Source: Nitrospirota bacterium (lineage in GTDB: Bacteria; Nitrospirota; JACRHJ01). Taken from it: a stretch of DNA of 64,000 nucleotides. Position numbers and translations under genes: made by a program. The stretch covers positions 1-64,000 of the forward strand of contig CAWJRJ010000016.1 of assembly GCA_963845245.1 (NCBI GenBank). The letters run 5' to 3'. Positions within the stretch are counted from its first letter, which is position 1, and every line of letters begins with the position of its first letter. The notes beneath the pieces were generated by a model that was given only the letters and a program-made list of their open reading frames with translations, was not told the DNA's origin and did no database searches. Shown here piece by piece: positions 61,512-64,000 of the stretch.

Positions 61512-63185
61512 ATGAACCTCCCGGATACCGAAAAGCTCTTCGAGGACAAAAAATCAGAGTACGCGGCCCTATCAGCTCTGATAGCCGTTGCAGCCTTGTA
61601 CAGGTGCTGGGATTTTTACAAAACCTTTGCAGGCGGTATACCGGAGATAAGCCATGTAAGTTATGACGGCGTCTATTATGTCCAGACTGCCAGAAACATC
61701 CTGGCAGGCGACGGCCTCGGCTGGGAAGCCACGATATTTCCTGTCCTTCAACCCATCCTTATCGCCCTGCTCGCTTTTGTTACCGGCATAAAAAACCTTG
61801 CGTTCGTGTCTTCCTGCGTCTCAGAAGTGGCAGGCCTGCTCCTGCTTCTATGGGTCTATTTACTCGCCAGGGACATATACGGGAAAATGCCGGCCTTAGC
61901 GGCGGTACTCCTTCTCATACCATACCCGCACCTTGTGGCCATCGCCGGTGGGGACACCGCCGAGTCCCTCTATGCATCCCTCATATGCCTGTCTGTCCTT
62001 ACCGGTTATAGGGCGTTGAAATCCAGACGGATGGGCGTTTTTTTCCTGGCTGGTCTGAGCCTGGGTCTGACTTATCTCGCACGGCCCGAGGGTTTTGTCT
62101 TCTTCCTGGGCTTTTTTGTTCTGTCGGCATGGACCACATCAAGGGAGGGAGCCCTGAAGGCAATAAAGCCGGTCGCTCTGGTCACTGCCGGTTTTCTATT
62201 GTTTGCCCTGCCATACATAACGTTCCTTACTAAAAGTTACGGCCGTCTTATAATAAGTTCGAAATTGCCATACGAGTCCATTGCCATGAGGGCCAAGGTA
62301 TACAGGGAGCCCATGCAAATGCAGGAGATAGAGGGGCTTACTGAGAACGGAAGGCTGGCATGGCAGGAATACGGCGGTTCGGGCGTGGTTTTCGGTTATT
62401 TCAGGAAGGACCCGGGCAGGTTTATCCGTACCTATCTTGACGACCTTTCGAGCGAACTTCCATGGAATGTCAAAAACAGCAGCCAGCTTGACGGATACCC
62501 TATAGTCTACCCGTTGTATTTCTGGTTCCCGGCGATCATAGGAATGGTGTTGCTTTTGCGGCGAAAAGAAACCATGTGGGTGGGGTTGCTCATTTTCTGT
62601 CCGCTGCTGAACATGTTTGTTTACCCTGTCTTTGCCAGGGGTTTCTGGATATACCACGCACCATACATACCATTACTCGTGATATTGGCGGTCGGGGGCG
62701 TTATATATATAAGCGACAGGTTTTCCACGATGGGCCTGCGTGTGCCTTTGCTGATGGTTTTTGTGGCAGCGTGGATCGGGTATTCGGCTTATGTGAAGCT
62801 TACGAGCAACCCCCAGTCGGTAAACACCATAGTCATCAAGGAGATAATCTCTGAAGAGTCCATGAAGGCGGGGGAATGGAGCAGAAAGAACCTGGGCACC
62901 AACACGGCTTTTATAATGGATTGGAGCAGGCTCGTCTGCTACTTGGGCGGCAGGTGGGTCCCGCTACCCGCCGCCTCTCCTGAGTGCGAGGTGGATTACG
63001 GCCGTAAAAACGGCGCCGATTTTCTTGTGGAGGAGCTGGTGGGTGATAGTTTGATGACCGGTTCGAGGTTCGAGTCAGTGCCATACCTTGAAAAGACCTA
63101 TTACTATGCCTCAGACAGCGCACCCTATGCGGTTATATTTTGGCGGATAATGCCGGAACCGGGCAACCGAGGTCTTACGAATTGA
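61512..63185 (+). CDS. GT-C membrane glycosyltransferase (GT39/ArnT-like)
   Basis: YDGVYYVQTARNI, AESLY, GLTYLARPEG, many TMs; ATG 61512 lies downstream of the terminator. Confidence 0.8.
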   Translation: MNLPDTEKLFEDKKSEYAALSALIAVAALYRCWDFYKTFAGGIPEISHVSYDGVYYVQTARNILAGDGLGWEATIFPVLQPILIALLAFVTGIKNLAFVSSCVSEVAGLLLLLWVYLLARDIYGKMPALAAVLLLIPYPHLVAIAGGDTAESLYASLICLSVLTGYRALKSRRMGVFFLAGLSLGLTYLARPEGFVFFLGFFVLSAWTTSREGALKAIKPVALVTAGFLLFALPYITFLTKSYGRLIISSKLPYESIAMRAKVYREPMQMQEIEGLTENGRLAWQEYGGSGVVFGYFRKDPGRFIRTYLDDLSSELPWNVKNSSQLDGYPIVYPLYFWFPAIIGMVLLLRRKETMWVGLLIFCPLLNMFVYPVFARGFWIYHAPYIPLLVILAVGGVIYISDRFSTMGLRVPLLMVFVAAWIGYSAYVKLTSNPQSVNTIVIKEIISEESMKAGEWSRKNLGTNTAFIMDWSRLVCYLGGRWVPLPAASPECEVDYGRKNGADFLVEELVGDSLMTGSRFESVPYLEKTYYYASDSAPYAVIFWRIMPEPGNRGLTN

Positions 63186-63187
63186 GC

Positions 63188-64000
63188 ATGTTAAAATATA
63201 CAGTAAAGATGATGAGGCCGCACCAGTGGGCCAAAAACCTGTTCATCTTTCCCGCGCTATTGTTTTCAAGGCACCTCTTCATCCTCCCATCTTTGTTGGC
63301 CAGTATTGCCGCGTTCGCTATCTTCTGTCTATTATCCGGCTCGGTATACATATTTAATGACATCATGGACGCGGAGGAAGACAGGCATCACCCTGTAAAG
63401 AAGGCCAGGCCGATTGCCGCAGGGATGATTACCAAATACAACGCCGGTATCATCTTCGGGCTTACTTCCGCTGCGGCCCTCGCGCTTTCCTTTGCGGTAA
63501 ATACAGGGTTTGGAATAATCGCCGCGGTTTATTTCGTAATCAACGTAGCATATTCGGCATACCTCAAGCGCATAGCCATAGTGGACGTGATGGTCGTCTC
63601 GTTGGGGTTTGTATTGAGGGCCGCCGCAGGCGGGGTCGCGATATCGGTGAGGGTATCTCCGTGGCTTCTGGTCTGCACCATACTTATCGCCCTGTTCCTT
63701 GTGCTCGCAAAAAGGAGACACGAACTGACCCTGCTGGACGAGCGCTCAAACATGCTGATAGAGCTGTCGATAGCTACAGAGGATGTTGGGCGCGCAATCA
63801 AGTACAGGAGGAGCCTGGATGAGTACAGCGCGTATTTCCTGGACCAGATGATAGCCGTGACCACCGCATCGACGCTGATGGCCTATATACTATACACACT
63901 TTCAAATGACGCGCTGTCACAGTTCGGCGAACACCTCATATATTCTGTGCCGTTTGTCATATACGGGATATTCCGCTACCTCTACCTGATACACCAGAAA
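63188..64000 (+). CDS. UbiA-family decaprenyl-phosphate phosphoribosyltransferase-like protein, 3'-truncated
   Basis: MRPHQWAKNLFIF, YIFNDIMDAEEDRHHPVKKARPIAAG, AYSAYLK, LAKRRHE; open to the window end, absent from the ORF track. Confidence 0.88.
   Translation, partial: MLKYTVKMMRPHQWAKNLFIFPALLFSRHLFILPSLLASIAAFAIFCLLSGSVYIFNDIMDAEEDRHHPVKKARPIAAGMITKYNAGIIFGLTSAAALALSFAVNTGFGIIAAVYFVINVAYSAYLKRIAIVDVMVVSLGFVLRAAAGGVAISVRVSPWLLVCTILIALFLVLAKRRHELTLLDERSNMLIELSIATEDVGRAIKYRRSLDEYSAYFLDQMIAVTTASTLMAYILYTLSNDALSQFGEHLIYSVPFVIYGIFRYLYLIHQK

Overview
64 kb of chromosome from a Gram-negative, probably anaerobic bacterium (gene content resembles Desulfobacterota/Nitrospirota; inference). In order: a glycosyltransferase/manC/cysC/sulfotransferase surface-glycan cluster, rimO, a split atpB-atpE unit, a ~20 kb chemosensory operon (11106-31129), an ADP-forming acetate-CoA ligase operon, a hybrid kinase, a diguanylate cyclase and a DUF507 pair, two tandem beta-helix genes, a cysK/Rrf2/LysR operon, a nickel/cobalt ECF-uptake island (NikR, candidate NikR box, cobalamin riboswitch), deoB, dgt, a RomR-like regulator, GT39 and a UbiA-type gene. 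The most striking feature is an MtrA/MtrB-like decaheme cytochrome plus outer-membrane barrel inside the chemosensory operon. It is translationally coupled to a heme-c chemoreceptor with a C-terminal PhnD-like domain, suggesting an extracellular-redox-sensing wire. A second candidate novelty is a twin-hairpin attenuator directly after a DUF3842 gene, upstream of a porin-nikMN unit. Many genes, including core ones such as atpB, cheA and cheR, carry single-base frameshifts that look like sequencing errors. No tRNA, rRNA, CRISPR or transposase was seen.
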